Of a stretch of 64,000 nucleotides of DNA, positions 28,398 to 43,027 are shown piece after piece (positions within the stretch are counted from its first letter, which is position 1; every line of letters begins with the position of its first letter). Where the stretch lies: the NCBI GenBank assembly GCA_964016885.1, contig OZ024741.1:329158001-329222000 (forward strand). Direction: 5' to 3'. The notes below the pieces were generated by a model, which worked only from the letters and a program-made list of their open reading frames with translations, did not search any database and was not told where the DNA came from. The DNA is from Eledone cirrhosa (Eukaryota). The translations under genes were made by a program, and so were the position numbers.

Positions 28398-29122
28398 ATT
28401 ATGGTTTCATAAATATAGTTTCCATTTATTAATATATTGTATATATATATATATATATATATTAAGGTATTCGCTCATATGCGTATGTGTATTTTTATAT
28501 GTAGTGATATACGGTATGTTTACAAATAAACATTTGAAAGCGTTTAGCTGTGAATTTTGGAAGTTGATGACATCAGGCGAATTCCGGTAGAAGCAGGGCG
28601 GTCCCGTTTCTGACTCTTGTCATTATCAAGACAACGCTCCGTCACCTTCCTCTTTGCTGGATTCCAATATAGGCGAAAACGTATATTTTTGACGCCTATG
28701 TACATGGGATGATTAGTTTTATTTGTATATGGAGTTGTCGGCCAACTAAGAACTAAAACTACCCTCATACAAAAGTCACAAAACATGGCACTGTAATTTT
28801 CTCCACAAAATGATGTCAAGGCAGTAAAATTTATACATGGCAAAGTGTTGGTTAGAATCTTTAAAAGAAACATCATTCGGGTATTCAATGATTCGAACCA
28901 AACGCTGTTATGTGTCATTTAGTATTAAACGCTTACCTTGCAAGTTCCTCGTAAAAAGAATTAGTTTTTCCATAAATAAAATTCTTACTTTATAAATCCC
29001 GAGCAAATTGTAGCCTTAATTCTTATTTTATTTTTAATATTCGGCAAAGCGAGCCGCAACGCGCTCGGTATGCAAATGAGGCTACTCAGCCTATGTATTC
29101 TTATTATATATTTTTAACAGTT

Positions 29123-29206
29123 CAACATATTGGCTGTGAGGTATACAGTCCTGATGAAGGTTAATGACCCAGAAACATGTTGATTGTTCCTCAAAGCCAG
29201 TGTTGT
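29123..29206 (+). ncRNA. Minimal type I hammerhead ribozyme
   Basis: acaguc-CUGAUGA-a-gguu aau gacc-ca-GAAAC-au-GUU-gauugu; extended stem I gagg/ccuc, uggcu/agcca, caaca/uguug. Confidence 0.85.
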
Positions 29207-29325
29207 ACAAACAGGTGACGAACGGTCACCGGCACGGCACAGCTTCTAATCGGGCTCTCTTGTTTACAAACGTATCGAACATTATTATTGATGTTCGATA
29301 TAACCCATACGTACATATGTATGTA

Positions 29326-29357
<32 letters not shown>

Positions 29358-29385
29358 GATACATACATATATTTATATAAATGTG

Positions 29386-29468
<83 letters not shown>

Positions 29469-29520
29469 GTATGCATACTTAATTTTGTATCATGTGTGCT
29501 AGAGCGAGAAATAAAATTCT

Positions 29521-29558
<38 letters not shown>

Positions 29559-29579
29559 CGAAGTAAGTGTGGTAAGGAA

Positions 29580-29756
29580 CCAGGTGGATCATAACGCACC
29601 AGAGTACTCAATACTTAGGGTAGTAGAGTGGGTACTAGGAAAATGTTCAAGAAACCGACAGCAGAGCTCATAACCGTTTCGACGGCTATTTCTCAGTCCA
29701 GAAATAGCCGTCGAAACGGCTTGAGCTCTGCCGTCGGGGTCTTGAACATTTTCCTA
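29580..29756 (-). mobile_element. Short ORF-less cassette with a 120-bp hairpin; related to 63602-63778
   Basis: Inverted repeat 29636-29756 containing GTCGAAACGG; tail (acccactctactacc..ggtgcgttatg..cacctgg) shared with the 63.7-kb copy. Confidence 0.7.
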
Positions 29757-29869
29757 TATATATATATATATATATATATAGGGAAAGAGAGGGACAGAGA
29801 AAGACACATATCTGTGTATTTGTGTATCTCTATATATGGATATATGGATATATATATAGATATTGATAT

Positions 29870-30433
29870 AAATGTAAGTATGTATGTATACGTACATACA
29901 CATATGTATACAGACGTACAGTAGTATGTATATATATATACACACATGCACACATATATACATGCACGTATCGGTTTACCGAACATTTATTATAATGCTC
30001 GGTTTGTTTGTAAACAAAGAAACAGCCCGGATTACGCCGTACAGTGTTTAGGCAATCACGTCACATTTTTTTTTTTTTTTTGTTCAACACTGACACGGCT
30101 GCTCAGCCGTTAATATGCATCAGGAAAGTATATACTTTCAGACGTTCAACCATCTGGCAGGAAGGTATACGATGCTGACGATAGCTAATAAGCTTGAAAC
30201 TAGTACATCGTTCCTGTGTCAGTGTTGAACAAAAAGGTGACGTGGTTGCCTAAACACTGTACGGCGTAATTCGGGCTGTTTGTTTGTTTACAAACAAACC
30301 GAGCATTATAATAAATGTTCGGTAAACCGATACGTGCATGTATATATGTGTGCATGTGTGTATATATATACATACTACTCTACGTCTGTATACATATGTG
30401 TATGTATGTATACATACATACATACTTGCATTT
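29870..30433 (+). mobile_element. HHR cassette with an inverted tail copy of about 220 bp
   Basis: 29870-30096 is the reverse complement of 30216-30433; HHR lies between the arms. Confidence 0.82.
30144..30230 (+). ncRNA. Minimal type I hammerhead ribozyme
   Basis: cgaug-CUGACGA-u-agcu aaua agcu-u-GAAAC-ua-GUA-caucg; extended stem caggaa/uuccug, guucaac/guugaac. Confidence 0.9.
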
Positions 30434-30514
30434 AAGTAAGTGCCGTACTAAGAGTGAGAAATGAAATTTGGTTTCATTCTATTCGATATAAATGTATATA
30501 TATATATATACGTA

Positions 30515-30561
<47 letters not shown>

Positions 30562-30974
30562 GATATATATATGTAATATATATGTGTGTGTGTGTGAGTG
30601 ATTATCAACCTCCAGGATAGCAATAACGTTGATAGAAAATAATGTTTGGAGAACACGTGATTGGGACATTACATAAGATCACAGATGTTGATATGGAATT
30701 CCGGAAATTAATAGATGTTTCCATAATCTTCCCCCATCAACAAAGATAATGATGGATTCTGCTTGAAACGACTATTTAAATAGTGGATTGTTTTAATAGT
30801 GTTGCTGTTGTTGCTGTCGCTACTGTTGTTTAGCCCATCTCATCTATCGACCTTGATTGAATAAACATATGACGAAAATACTTACCAACTTTGAATATTG
30901 AATGCACTAGAGCTTCATACACACATACACACATACATATATATATATATTTATATATATATATATACACACAT

Positions 30975-31025
<51 letters not shown>

Positions 31026-31074
31026 TATATATATATACATATATAGATATAGATATAGATATAGATGTATATAT

Positions 31075-32901
<1,827 letters not shown>

Positions 32902-33404
32902 CATGTATATATATATGATAAACTTAGGGAAATTAACAAAGAGGACAAGACAACGATCGAAAACAAAGCAAGACGAAAAACATTTTTTAGGGGAACCATA
33001 AAGAATTGTTTTTAAAATAAATAAAAATACAGACGAAAGACACAGAACCCCAGGGTCATCGGTCGTTAACGTAGACTTTGGCAGTTTCAACCCCTAGTCT
33101 GACATACCGAAACGCTGTCAATTTTGATTGTCTCGGGATCATAACCTTATTATATAAGAAGCTGTCTGATGATGTCACGGCACTGGGTATACAGAAACGT
33201 GTGGCCACTGTCGTCATTGAAATATGTATCACAGCATTATCATTAAAGGACTTTAACATCTGAAAAAACTACTTTGCATTTTCTTATTATATCTATATAT
33301 ATATGTCGGGGGGGGGGGGGGTAAACAGTAAACAGAAATAGTAACACAATCAGTACAGTATATCGAAGGAGTATATTAGGCTAACACTTGCAATAGCAGG
33401 AAGA

Positions 33405-33445
33405 GTGTCTTAACGTTTCGGACGCCAGTTTTTCATCAGAATAAA
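33405..33445 (-). ncRNA. Degenerate minimal hammerhead
   Basis: CUGAUGA..ucc-GAAACGUUA; stems I and II are poor. Confidence 0.4.
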
Positions 33446-34360
33446 GATTAAGAAATAAGATAGATTGAAGGGGTGGGCCGCGTGGAATTGGAAAAAATGT
33501 CTTTACATAAAAATAACAGGACCATTCATGTTGACATCTCTTAATCTTCTAGGTAATCAAGGTAGGTTTTATAATCCTTTTAGAACTTGATTTAGAGTTC
33601 ATGTAAATATCCAACCGAAACAAAGTGAAATCCGTTTTCGTGGAATGATGATATCCCATTACATGTCTTTGAGTGTTCAGAACTACAGGGTTAGATATAT
33701 AATATTGTGTTTAGGGATAGACAGTAGAATGGATGTGTCGAGGCTAAAGGTATGGAGTTGCATAAGTACCATTGATAAATTTGCACTCTGATGATATGGC
33801 CCTCTGAAACTATCGTCAATCAAGGGATTAATTAACTACCGCACTTTTTCTTATCATTTCATATCTTGACACACGCACACACACGCGTGCGCGCACACAC
33901 ACGCACACACATATATATATATATACATATATACATATATATATATATCGTGTCTATGTAGCCGATCTCTCAGACTTTTACGAAGTGCTAAGGGCATCCG
34001 CATGTGCGGAGATGCTTTGAAGTAACTTGAAATAAAGTGAAAACTCTCAAAGACGGAAAACGAAGTTGCCATCGGCTGCTACGAGGAAACGAACCTCGTA
34101 CCTGCCAGATATTCCACATTATTGACTATGGAAAAGCGAAATTCCTAAACATATGATTTATAACAGAGACGCATTTGGAAGCACATACAATATGTTTGTG
34201 TATAACAAGCATACATAATTTAACTGAGTATGGGAACAACCAAATATTGGTATTTCAAAACATTTGGTCCTAATTTAGAGATGCTAATTGTATATATATT
34301 TCCGAGATATTGAATAATTGATATTCGCTTATATATATATATAAACGAATATCAAAAATG

Positions 34361-34404
<44 letters not shown>

Positions 34405-34634
34405 TTATTTATTTATATATATAGCATTAATATATAAGGAATCAAAGAATCAGTGTTGCATCATATACATATTTAATTACATATTACATATGTTTCACTG
34501 TCGATCAACTCGAGGAACGATCTATTAATGATCGAACCTGACTCTGAAGCTTGTCAGATATGTTTTAACATGTAGACTTGAACCATAAGACCTATATATA
34601 TATATGTTTGTGTGTGCGTGTGTGTGTGCGCGCT

Positions 34635-34704
<70 letters not shown>

Positions 34705-34705
34705 T

Positions 34706-34798
34706 GGTTACATAACAGTTAGTTCACTATACCGAGAACAAGGATCGGCTAAGGTGAAACAATTGTTCTCGGTATGGTGAACTAACTGTTGTGTAACC
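34706..34798 (+). repeat. Fold-back hairpin with an HHR 3' half (GAAAC-aatt-GTT) at the start of the right arm
   Basis: ggttacataacagttagttcactataccgagaacaa versus ttgttctcggtatggtgaactaactgttgtgtaacc; between (TA)n tracts. Confidence 0.75.
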
Positions 34799-34880
34799 TC
34801 TTCTACTTAACTCGTCCCATGGACTGAGTGCTCTACGACTACGGCTATTACCTTCCAGTGTTCTACCACTATATGTATGT

Positions 34881-34993
<113 letters not shown>

Positions 34994-35002
34994 ACTAAAA
35001 TC

Positions 35003-36527
35003 CTACGAAGTCCGATTTAGGTAGACTTAGTAAAAGGATTTTAGATAGGATATACCTGAAATTAGTAGTTTGGCCCCTCTTGCACTGTGGAACAATTCTT
35101 TCGCAGTAATTGATTGGTTCAACGGCATATGCAACAAGGAACATTGCCGTTTTATCTAATTCGACATCAATAATTACTACTCCTCCATCACTTTACCACT
35201 TCTCCTTAGAGCTATCAATTTGGCTAAAACACTCACAGGGGTTAAGGATTTCGAAGTTGATGTCATCCTCAATGCCCGTAAGTCGGTGATTAATTTCGAC
35301 GACTCTATTTGGATTAAAAAATCTAATAGTACCCCATTCGACGTGAGTATGGGCGCCAGCGATTCTGCGGAGGTTACTTATCTTATCGGCCTTTTCCTTC
35401 TTTTCTCTATCAAGGAAGAATTCCCCAATGTGGGCGGTGGTTTGTACCGTGATGACGGTCTTTTGACAAAGTGGGGCCCACATGCTTGCGACAGGTTCAG
35501 AAAAGAACTCATAGCCTTCTTTAAAGGCTTCAACCTCTCCATACAGGTTGAGGCCAACCTCTCGGTCGTTAATTACCTCGAAGTTACCCTCGATTTGTCG
35601 AATGGCTTGCACTACCCGTATAGAAAGCCGAATGATACGCTTAATTACATAAGTAAGCATTCTAACCATCCTGCCAGCATAACCAAGAACCTGGTAAGAA
35701 ACGTTTCGTTGAGGCTTTCCCGTCTATCTACAAACGAGCATATTTTCAACGACCATTCCATATATTACAATGAAGCTCTTGCTCGGAGTGGATTTGTCGA
35801 TAAGGTAGCTTATACAGAGTACGAGAATAGACCTAGGAAAAATAGATCCCGAGGCATTATATGGTATAACCCACCATATACTATGGAGTGGCCACACTTT
35901 TAGCTAAGATCTTTCTCTCCCTTATTATGAAGCATTTCCCCCAGCACATAAATATAGTAAAATTTTTAATACCATTAAATTTCTTACTCTACGACACCTA
36001 ACCTTGCACATAACATCACAGCTTCAAATTTACCTAAATTACCTAGCCGTAGGAACACGTGCAACCCTGTAGCTAGTACTAACTGTAATTGTAGGAATCG
36101 GGTTGACTGCCCCGCCCCTATCCGGGAAATGCCTCTTTAGTAACGTTGTCTACAAATGTAAGGTTGAAACACCCACGTCCCGTAGGGCCTACATAGGGTT
36201 AACCGCCAATAGATTCAAGCAGCGTCTTTACATGCATACCCATTCTTTTCTTAACCCTTTAAGAAGGAATATGACGTCACTTTCGGCTTATATCTGGAGT
36301 CTAAAAGACAACGACACCCAATATAAGTTACACTGGGAGATCCTAGCTTAGGCTAGATCGTATAACGGAAATAAAAGACCATGTGACCTCTGCGCCGATG
36401 AGGCCCTGGAAATACTCTACGCCAAAGACCACATCTTAAACAAAATATCTGAGGCAATTTTGGCTTGTAAACATAAATTGCACAAAACTATACTGTATTA
36501 TAGCCCCACATTATACCCTAACGGATA
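35003..36527 (+). pseudogene. PLE-C RT + GIY-YIG (disrupted)
   Basis: TKSDLG, FDI, MGASDSAEV, LYRDDG, WYNPPY, VYKC..YIGLTANRFKQR..H; stops and frameshifts. Confidence 0.9.
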
Positions 36528-37256
36528 GTACGAACTATACGCGGATATTTTACGTCTTGATGTGCTAGCTAAGTATATGTTATGTTAATACCATCACTTA
36601 TTCGTATAGGTAAGTATATATTACCAATATGTTTTGTGAAGGTACGTATATTTTCTCGTACGTATATTTGCTTGTATATGTTATTGGCGTATATATTATA
36701 TATACTGGAACATGTGCATTTGGTTATGTGTATACGTGAGTTTTGCGTCTGTGTGAGTATGCGGGTTCGTACGTATGTAGGGTGTGTGTATATGTGTAGT
36801 TTGTGTTTTGGTTGACGTAGTCCGCGAACATGTGTGTCTTTGCATGTGGGTGTGTGTGTGCGCGCGTTGTATACGTATTTATGCGTGTATATTTATATAC
36901 GTTTATTTAATTATGTATACACGCACACACACACACACATGTGTATATATATATGTTTTATTTATTTTTTATGTGTATTATTTGGTGTATCCGTTCGTAT
37001 GTGTGCGGTACAGGCGTTGCGTGGGTTCTGTATATACGTGTGTCTGTGTTTTTTTGTTGTTTTTTTGTGTACGTGCTTGTATTTGCATACCCATGGGGAG
37101 TGTTTTCGTGTACGCTTGTGTATGTACGTATATGGATGTGTGTATGTATATATTTAATTTCAATTACCTCTGTATTTTATTTATTTTATTCTTAACTCTG
37201 AAGCCGAGAATCATTCGGTTTCCTAAATAGAATTTTAGTAAGTCAATCTGCGTTCA

Positions 37257-37330
37257 CAGATTGACTTTTTTAGTTTCAGAAGATCCTGTTAAGGGTGAAA
37301 GCAGCGATTCTTTGCTTAAACTTTAATCTG
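37257..37330 (+). ncRNA. Hammerhead-like fold with CAGAAGA core (PLE-C)
   Basis: cagauuga..aguuu-CAGAAGA-u-ccu guuaa ggg-u-GAAA-gca gcgauucuu ugc-UU-aaacu-uuaaucug. Confidence 0.72.
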
Positions 37331-37338
37331 TTATTTTA

Positions 37339-37374
<36 letters not shown>

Positions 37375-37437
37375 TTATTAAAATAACAGATTAAAGTTTA
37401 AGCAAAGAATCGCTGCTTTCACCCTTATATATACACA

Positions 37438-37497
<60 letters not shown>

Positions 37498-38019
37498 GCA
37501 AGTGAATATATGTCTGTCTGTGTTTATGTTTCTTTGTGTGTATACGTGCCTGTGTGCTGTGCTGAGCGTATGTACATGTATATGGAAACGAAGGGCTTCC
37601 GCTAGATTTTCTCCTAGCAATTTCACTTGCATTGGTCAATAGAAGACACTCAATGGGACTGAAACTGAGACTATGTGGGGGTGAAACAAACTTTTCGGGA
37701 ACACAACCATGACTATTCCATCGTGTTTTGTGTTGTTTTGTTGGGTTATTTTTTGTTTGTTTTTTATATTTTTTTAATAATGCTGTGATCGCTGCCAACG
37801 ATAATTTACTAAAAACAAAACAATAAAATCACTGATGCTGTTTTTCTGGAGCTAGCTAATTATGGAGGCTGTTGACCTTACAAATCGTCGGCAATTTTCA
37901 CTGTTTGGGAGATGTTGCTATATAAAAAAAGTTAATAGAGTTGTGTCAGTGACCTAACCACAGATGTGTGGCGAAAATTTTCTCACTGCGAAATTAATGA
38001 ATAGTTCTTCTTGTCGTGT

Positions 38020-38290
38020 CCACAAGAGTATCAGTTACAAAGCTTGGCTAGATGTGGTTCCGCCACAGCTGAACACATTGATGTCCTTTCTTTCTCATTA
38101 AACTCTGCCAAGTCCAATGCTGTACAGAGGTATTCCAGCAGGGGGAATATCAGAAGATTCTGCATAGTTTGTGGTTCGATGCCGCAGTCACACGCAACTT
38201 CGCCATCCCTTAAATATCCCCATTTTCCAAGACTAACTTCTTGCACGTCCAACACCAGATCTTTGCATTTCCACACTGCATAGTTTGTAT
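38020..38290 (-). mobile_element. Non-LTR retrotransposon 3' fragment (degenerate Zn knuckle)
   Basis: KWGY..CDCGIEPQTMQNLLIFPLL..CTALDL resembles the C-terminus of Ingi/Vingi/RTE-X-type ORFs. Confidence 0.55.
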
Positions 38291-39551
38291 CTGCTCCAGG
38301 GGGCAGTGCCTCGCTCGCCTTTAGCTCCATTGTTGTTACTGATAAGAGTAATGAATTGTGATTATAACATTTTTTGTGTTTGTCTTTTTCTAATGGCTAA
38401 AATAGTTCTTCCATGATATCATTGCTTCCTGTACCCCACACTCTCAGATCAAGCCTCCAACGTTTTTACAACGGTTTTCTGCAAGTGAGAACCTAACATA
38501 GAAAAAGGATTACCATCCAGTATTTAACTGGTACTTTATTTATCGACCTCGAATGGTTGAAAGGCAAATATCCTCAAATAGAAACTAATTCTTCATACAA
38601 TCACATCAAGGCTTATTGTCTTTAAAATGAAAGGAAGGATTCAATGCATTACTGAAGATATGCATTACTGAAGATGATTGGAGCACATTTGACCACAATT
38701 CTGGATAATCAGCGCTCACTTGGTGAGTAAACAACAACGACATGTGAACAATTCAACAGCAAAAACAATAACAATGGACGCTGGAAAAAACCGACTTTGT
38801 TTTTTCCATCCCTCATTGGACTGACAAATATGTTTCGAAGTGAACGTATGAATAATTGATCTATGTTGAACAAATTTGTAAATAACTGCGAATTGATAAA
38901 AGCATTAGAGTATCGGAATAATTCCTCAATGATTTACTCTGAATGATTGAGTTCAAATACAGCTGACTGGATGTTTATATTTCAACCTTTCGAGACCAAT
39001 AAAATAAATGTACCAATCTAAAAAGTGGCGGACTGGTGGAATTTTAAAAGGGACAGGACGGATGCCTAGCGGCTTTTTATCAAATCTTTGAATTGGAACG
39101 GATTGAAACTCCTCATCTGATATCGCGAGCTACAAGTTCAGGATGGAGATGGTCGTCCGCAAGAAGAATCCCCATAAGTTGGACTGACTCTTCCAGGATA
39201 TCTCCCTAGGATATCTCCCTCGCTATTATCCAAGTTAGCACATTCGCCATTCCGCCCGGCTGACAGGAAGGCGAATGGCGAATGTTTATATGTACAGTGA
39301 GTGTATAGAGGATACACCACCACACAGCATTGCGAGACATTCGTCAATTCTATACCTCAATAAGAATGCATAATCTACTTATGTATTCTGGTCAATTTTC
39401 ATCCGCTTTGTTCTTGTTTCACGGCTGAGCATTTGGGTTTGTGTTACTGATATGGTATATTAGATTCAAACGTCAATTTCAGCCCCTTAAAAGTAGCATC
39501 AAATAGTAAACCTCCTAAATTTAACTTTAAAAAAGGCCGTAAAAAAATCCA

Positions 39552-39587
<36 letters not shown>

Positions 39588-39619
39588 CCATTTATATATA
39601 TATATATATATATATATGT

Positions 39620-40640
39620 CCTATGTATTACATACACCCCTCACTAGCTATGCTGATGACACTAAGGTAACACAAGCAATCCACAATCCGGCTACATCCA
39701 GATGCTACTCCTTTACCTAACCCTAACCCTAACCATATATAAATGAGCTGAAGACAACAATATGCAATTTAATGCTAAGAACCTTCAAATCCTACGATAT
39801 CACCTGCAAACAAAAGGAAAGTTTAACAAAGCTACACCAAACCAGGGCGTGGGGGGGGGGGATATCGAAATCCCTGTGTCACAATCGATAGAATACCTGG
39901 GTATAGACATGAGCGATGATGTATCATTTCATTTACACATCATAAAAATTGCAACAATGTGCAGACGACTCATTGGCTAGATCTTCAGGATGTTCGAGAA
40001 AAGAAACCGACAAACCATGTTGGTGTTAGGGAGGACATTTTTACTAAGCCGACAGTAGTATTGCTGTCAACTGTGGTCAGCCATAGTGTCAAACTAACCA
40101 TGGAGCTTGAAGCAACCCAACGAAGCTACACGAAGAGGATTGCTACCATGATGGAAATGAGCTACTGGGAGAGGCTAATAGAACTAAATCTCTACTCCTT
40201 GGAACGAAGGCGGGAGAGGTATGCAGTGATATACATATCAGAAGATACTGAAAGAATTAGCATCGAACTTTGGCATTGAGATCTGGACCAACCTTCAAAC
40301 AGGACGTCATTCACATCTAAAGTAAGAAGCAGATATTGCAATAGCCTGGGTTTCAAAGGCCCCCAATACTTTAGTAAGGTGCCAAGAAACTTGAGAGATG
40401 TGCATGGTGTGGACGTGGATATTTTCAGAAAAGATCTCGACATGCTGCTATCCAAGATCGCAGATTAACCCACAGCACGGAAGGAAGGTAACCTAAGGGC
40501 ACCAGAAGCGAACTCCCTCCTACATTAATGGCTAGTCAACGCAGGGTGGATATAGAAAGTGAAGCAACAAGGGCGGTGCCCCAGCATGGCCTCAGCTGGA
40601 TTATTGGAACAGGTAAAAGAGTAAACGAGAATAAAAAAGA
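39620..40640 (+). mobile_element. Degenerate CR1/L2-group LINE 3' fragment
   Basis: SYADDTK, MQFNAK, YLGI, SYWERLIELNLYSLERRRERY. Confidence 0.82.
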
Positions 40641-40784
<144 letters not shown>

Positions 40785-41154
40785 ATTTAGCAGTAATTCT
40801 GGCGACAGAATTAAGGTGAGTGACAGCTCACGCCTGAATGGAAATGGTCAGTGGACAGCTTTGAATGGTCAAGCATACAGATGACGTCTCGAACTCTTGA
40901 CCAATCGACGGGCAGCGCAAACAGGATAATGACAGATGATAGAAATTCTAAGGGTGGGAGTCCAACAGACAGAGGATTTGCTTCGAAGTCACTAGACGTA
41001 TCGGAGGAACTTGCGAATCCAGAGTCAGGTTCGATCCACAAATAGATCGCACCTCGAGCTGTTCGTCGGAGAAACAATTGTAATACGTTAATAAATTGAT
41101 AAATTGTTCCGATGCATCACTGATTCTTCGTTTTCCATATCATATATATATATC

Positions 41155-41227
<73 letters not shown>

Positions 41228-41232
<5 letters not shown>

Positions 41233-41524
41233 GTGACATTATAAGACTCAGGAAAACAAAAAACACCGTGTCTGGTTTTATTATTACATCAAAAAGTGTG
41301 GTTAAAAACAGAAGCAATGAAAAATAATTCAGTACTCCAGTGTCTGAATCAAATTATATAAATGTTATATTTGAAACATATATCCATATCACACCAAAGA
41401 ATCTTGTGAAAGGAGGTTGTTACAAAGCCAAAGCATTAATGTAATAACACCAGACATGCTGTTTTTGTTTTGCTTTTTTTTTTTTTTGCTTTATTAATCT
41501 GACCTTTATTATAACGTCACCTTT
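41228..41524. repeat. Element of about 300 bp with imperfect terminal inverted repeats
   Basis: aaaggtgacattataa..gtgtctggtt..ttattacat versus atgtaataacaccagacat..ttataacgtcaccttt. Confidence 0.55.
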
Positions 41525-41551
41525 TCCTTTTTTGTATTTGAATGATTACAA

Positions 41552-41662
41552 CAACATCTATTGTCCTGAGGATATATAGAACAGCGGACCGGCCCCCAGT
41601 ATATCTATTGAGGCACGGCCCGCCCTCCTGCATTGAAATGTTCGTAGAGTAAAATAATGTTG
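41552..41662 (+). ncRNA. Probable degenerate hammerhead ribozyme
   Basis: caacau..uc-CUGAGGA-..-GAAAU-guuc-GUA-ga..auguug; followed by a short tail and (TA)n. Confidence 0.5.
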
Positions 41663-41694
41663 TAAATCTTAATTGGTTATTCATTGTTATTTTA

Positions 41695-41763
<69 letters not shown>

Positions 41764-42038
41764 TATAAAGTATGTCCATAGAATCATTTGATAATATATA
41801 TACACCATTTCCTCTCCCAATTAGCACAATTAACCACACAAAAAATCAATTAGACCAGGCTATAAGATTAAAAGGCACCTATGAAGAAATAGTAAATAAA
41901 TAAACCATAGCAATCTCTTCGCGGCCAACCGCCATAGAATATTTACCCAACATTTCAACATTTCAACAGCACGTGGAAATCGATTAAATATACGGTCAAG
42001 CATACACAATTAGGTATAAAATTAAAGTTAGAAATGCT

Positions 42039-42069
<31 letters not shown>

Positions 42070-42237
42070 ATAAGAATATTTATATTTATATATATTTGAT
42101 ATAACTTTAAGTATGTAGGGTAGTACTAAGTACTAGCAAGTTACCGGTATGACAAAAGGCTCAATGCAAATTTTCAAGTGTTTTACAGAGCCGAGAAACA
42201 AAGTGTTAAAATGATCAAATTTTGGTTTAGAACATTT

Positions 42238-42292
42238 ATTACCTGACAATTGTTTCTTCCAGAGGGGAGTCTGGAATCATCGGAGCATAAGG
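42238..42292 (-). ncRNA. Hammerhead-like fold with CCGAUGA core
   Basis: CCGAUGA-uuccaga cucccc ucuggaa-GAAAC-aauu-GUC; perfect 7-bp stem II, weak stem I. Confidence 0.62.
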
Positions 42293-43027
42293 AATATCGA
42301 AATATGTTACTAAAATCCTAGTGATTTAGAACATTTAGGTACATAATTGTTATTAGTGTCAAAGGCATCATGTGGAGAGTCAGGAGTTAAAAAGATGTTC
42401 TGCTTGAAAGAATACAATTACAGGCAGCACTGGTTGGAAGTGTAAAAAGCACAAGAAAAAAAACACAAGCAAAACAAAAGCAAAAGAACACAGACAAAAA
42501 AGTTATAAGCAAGGAAAATTGGTGTACAATGCAGGAGTCAATACAGTCAATAATGCATGTATGAGGAAAGAGTTATAATGTAGTTGAAATAAACGTATTT
42601 TGTGTGGGGTGTAAAGCATGTTATAATTGTTATAAATGTTTAAGATAGTGTGCAATTTGTTACAGAGGCGTGTGGTGATAATGTAGGTATTTATTATGTA
42701 AGATGTAATGCAAAGCACATGATAGAGTTGGGTATGTGATTTTCATTTAAGTGTTTTTGTGTTGTAGTTCGTATGTACGTGTGTGTGTGTTACTCACAGC
42801 TATTAACCATGGGATTATTTTAAGTCCTTTATAGTCAATAATGTTTGTTTGTTAAATGTAAATTTCGCCGAATTACTGGCCATGTTGTTATTTTAGGTAT
42901 ATTATTTTATGCATTTTTTATCTACAAATTATTTTTTCTAGGGTTTGTATTAACCGTTATTAAGCTGTTGGTAAACTGTTGTGTTGCTTAATTTTACAGG
43001 TTTACACAAGTAAACTTCTAAAATTAA

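Noticed and set aside
28460-29075. 124-aa ORF and possible Helitron 3' hairpin (cgagc..gctcg)
   Set aside because: No recognisable motif in the ORF and no CTRR terminus at the expected distance
33024-33215. CAGACGA..GAAAC-gct-GTC and CTGATGA..GAAAC-gt-GTG motifs
   Set aside because: Weak stems, a non-cleavable GUG triplet in the second motif, single copy
33785-33822. CTGATGA...GAAAC-tatc-GTC motif
   Set aside because: Core motifs are present, but stems I and II do not pair convincingly
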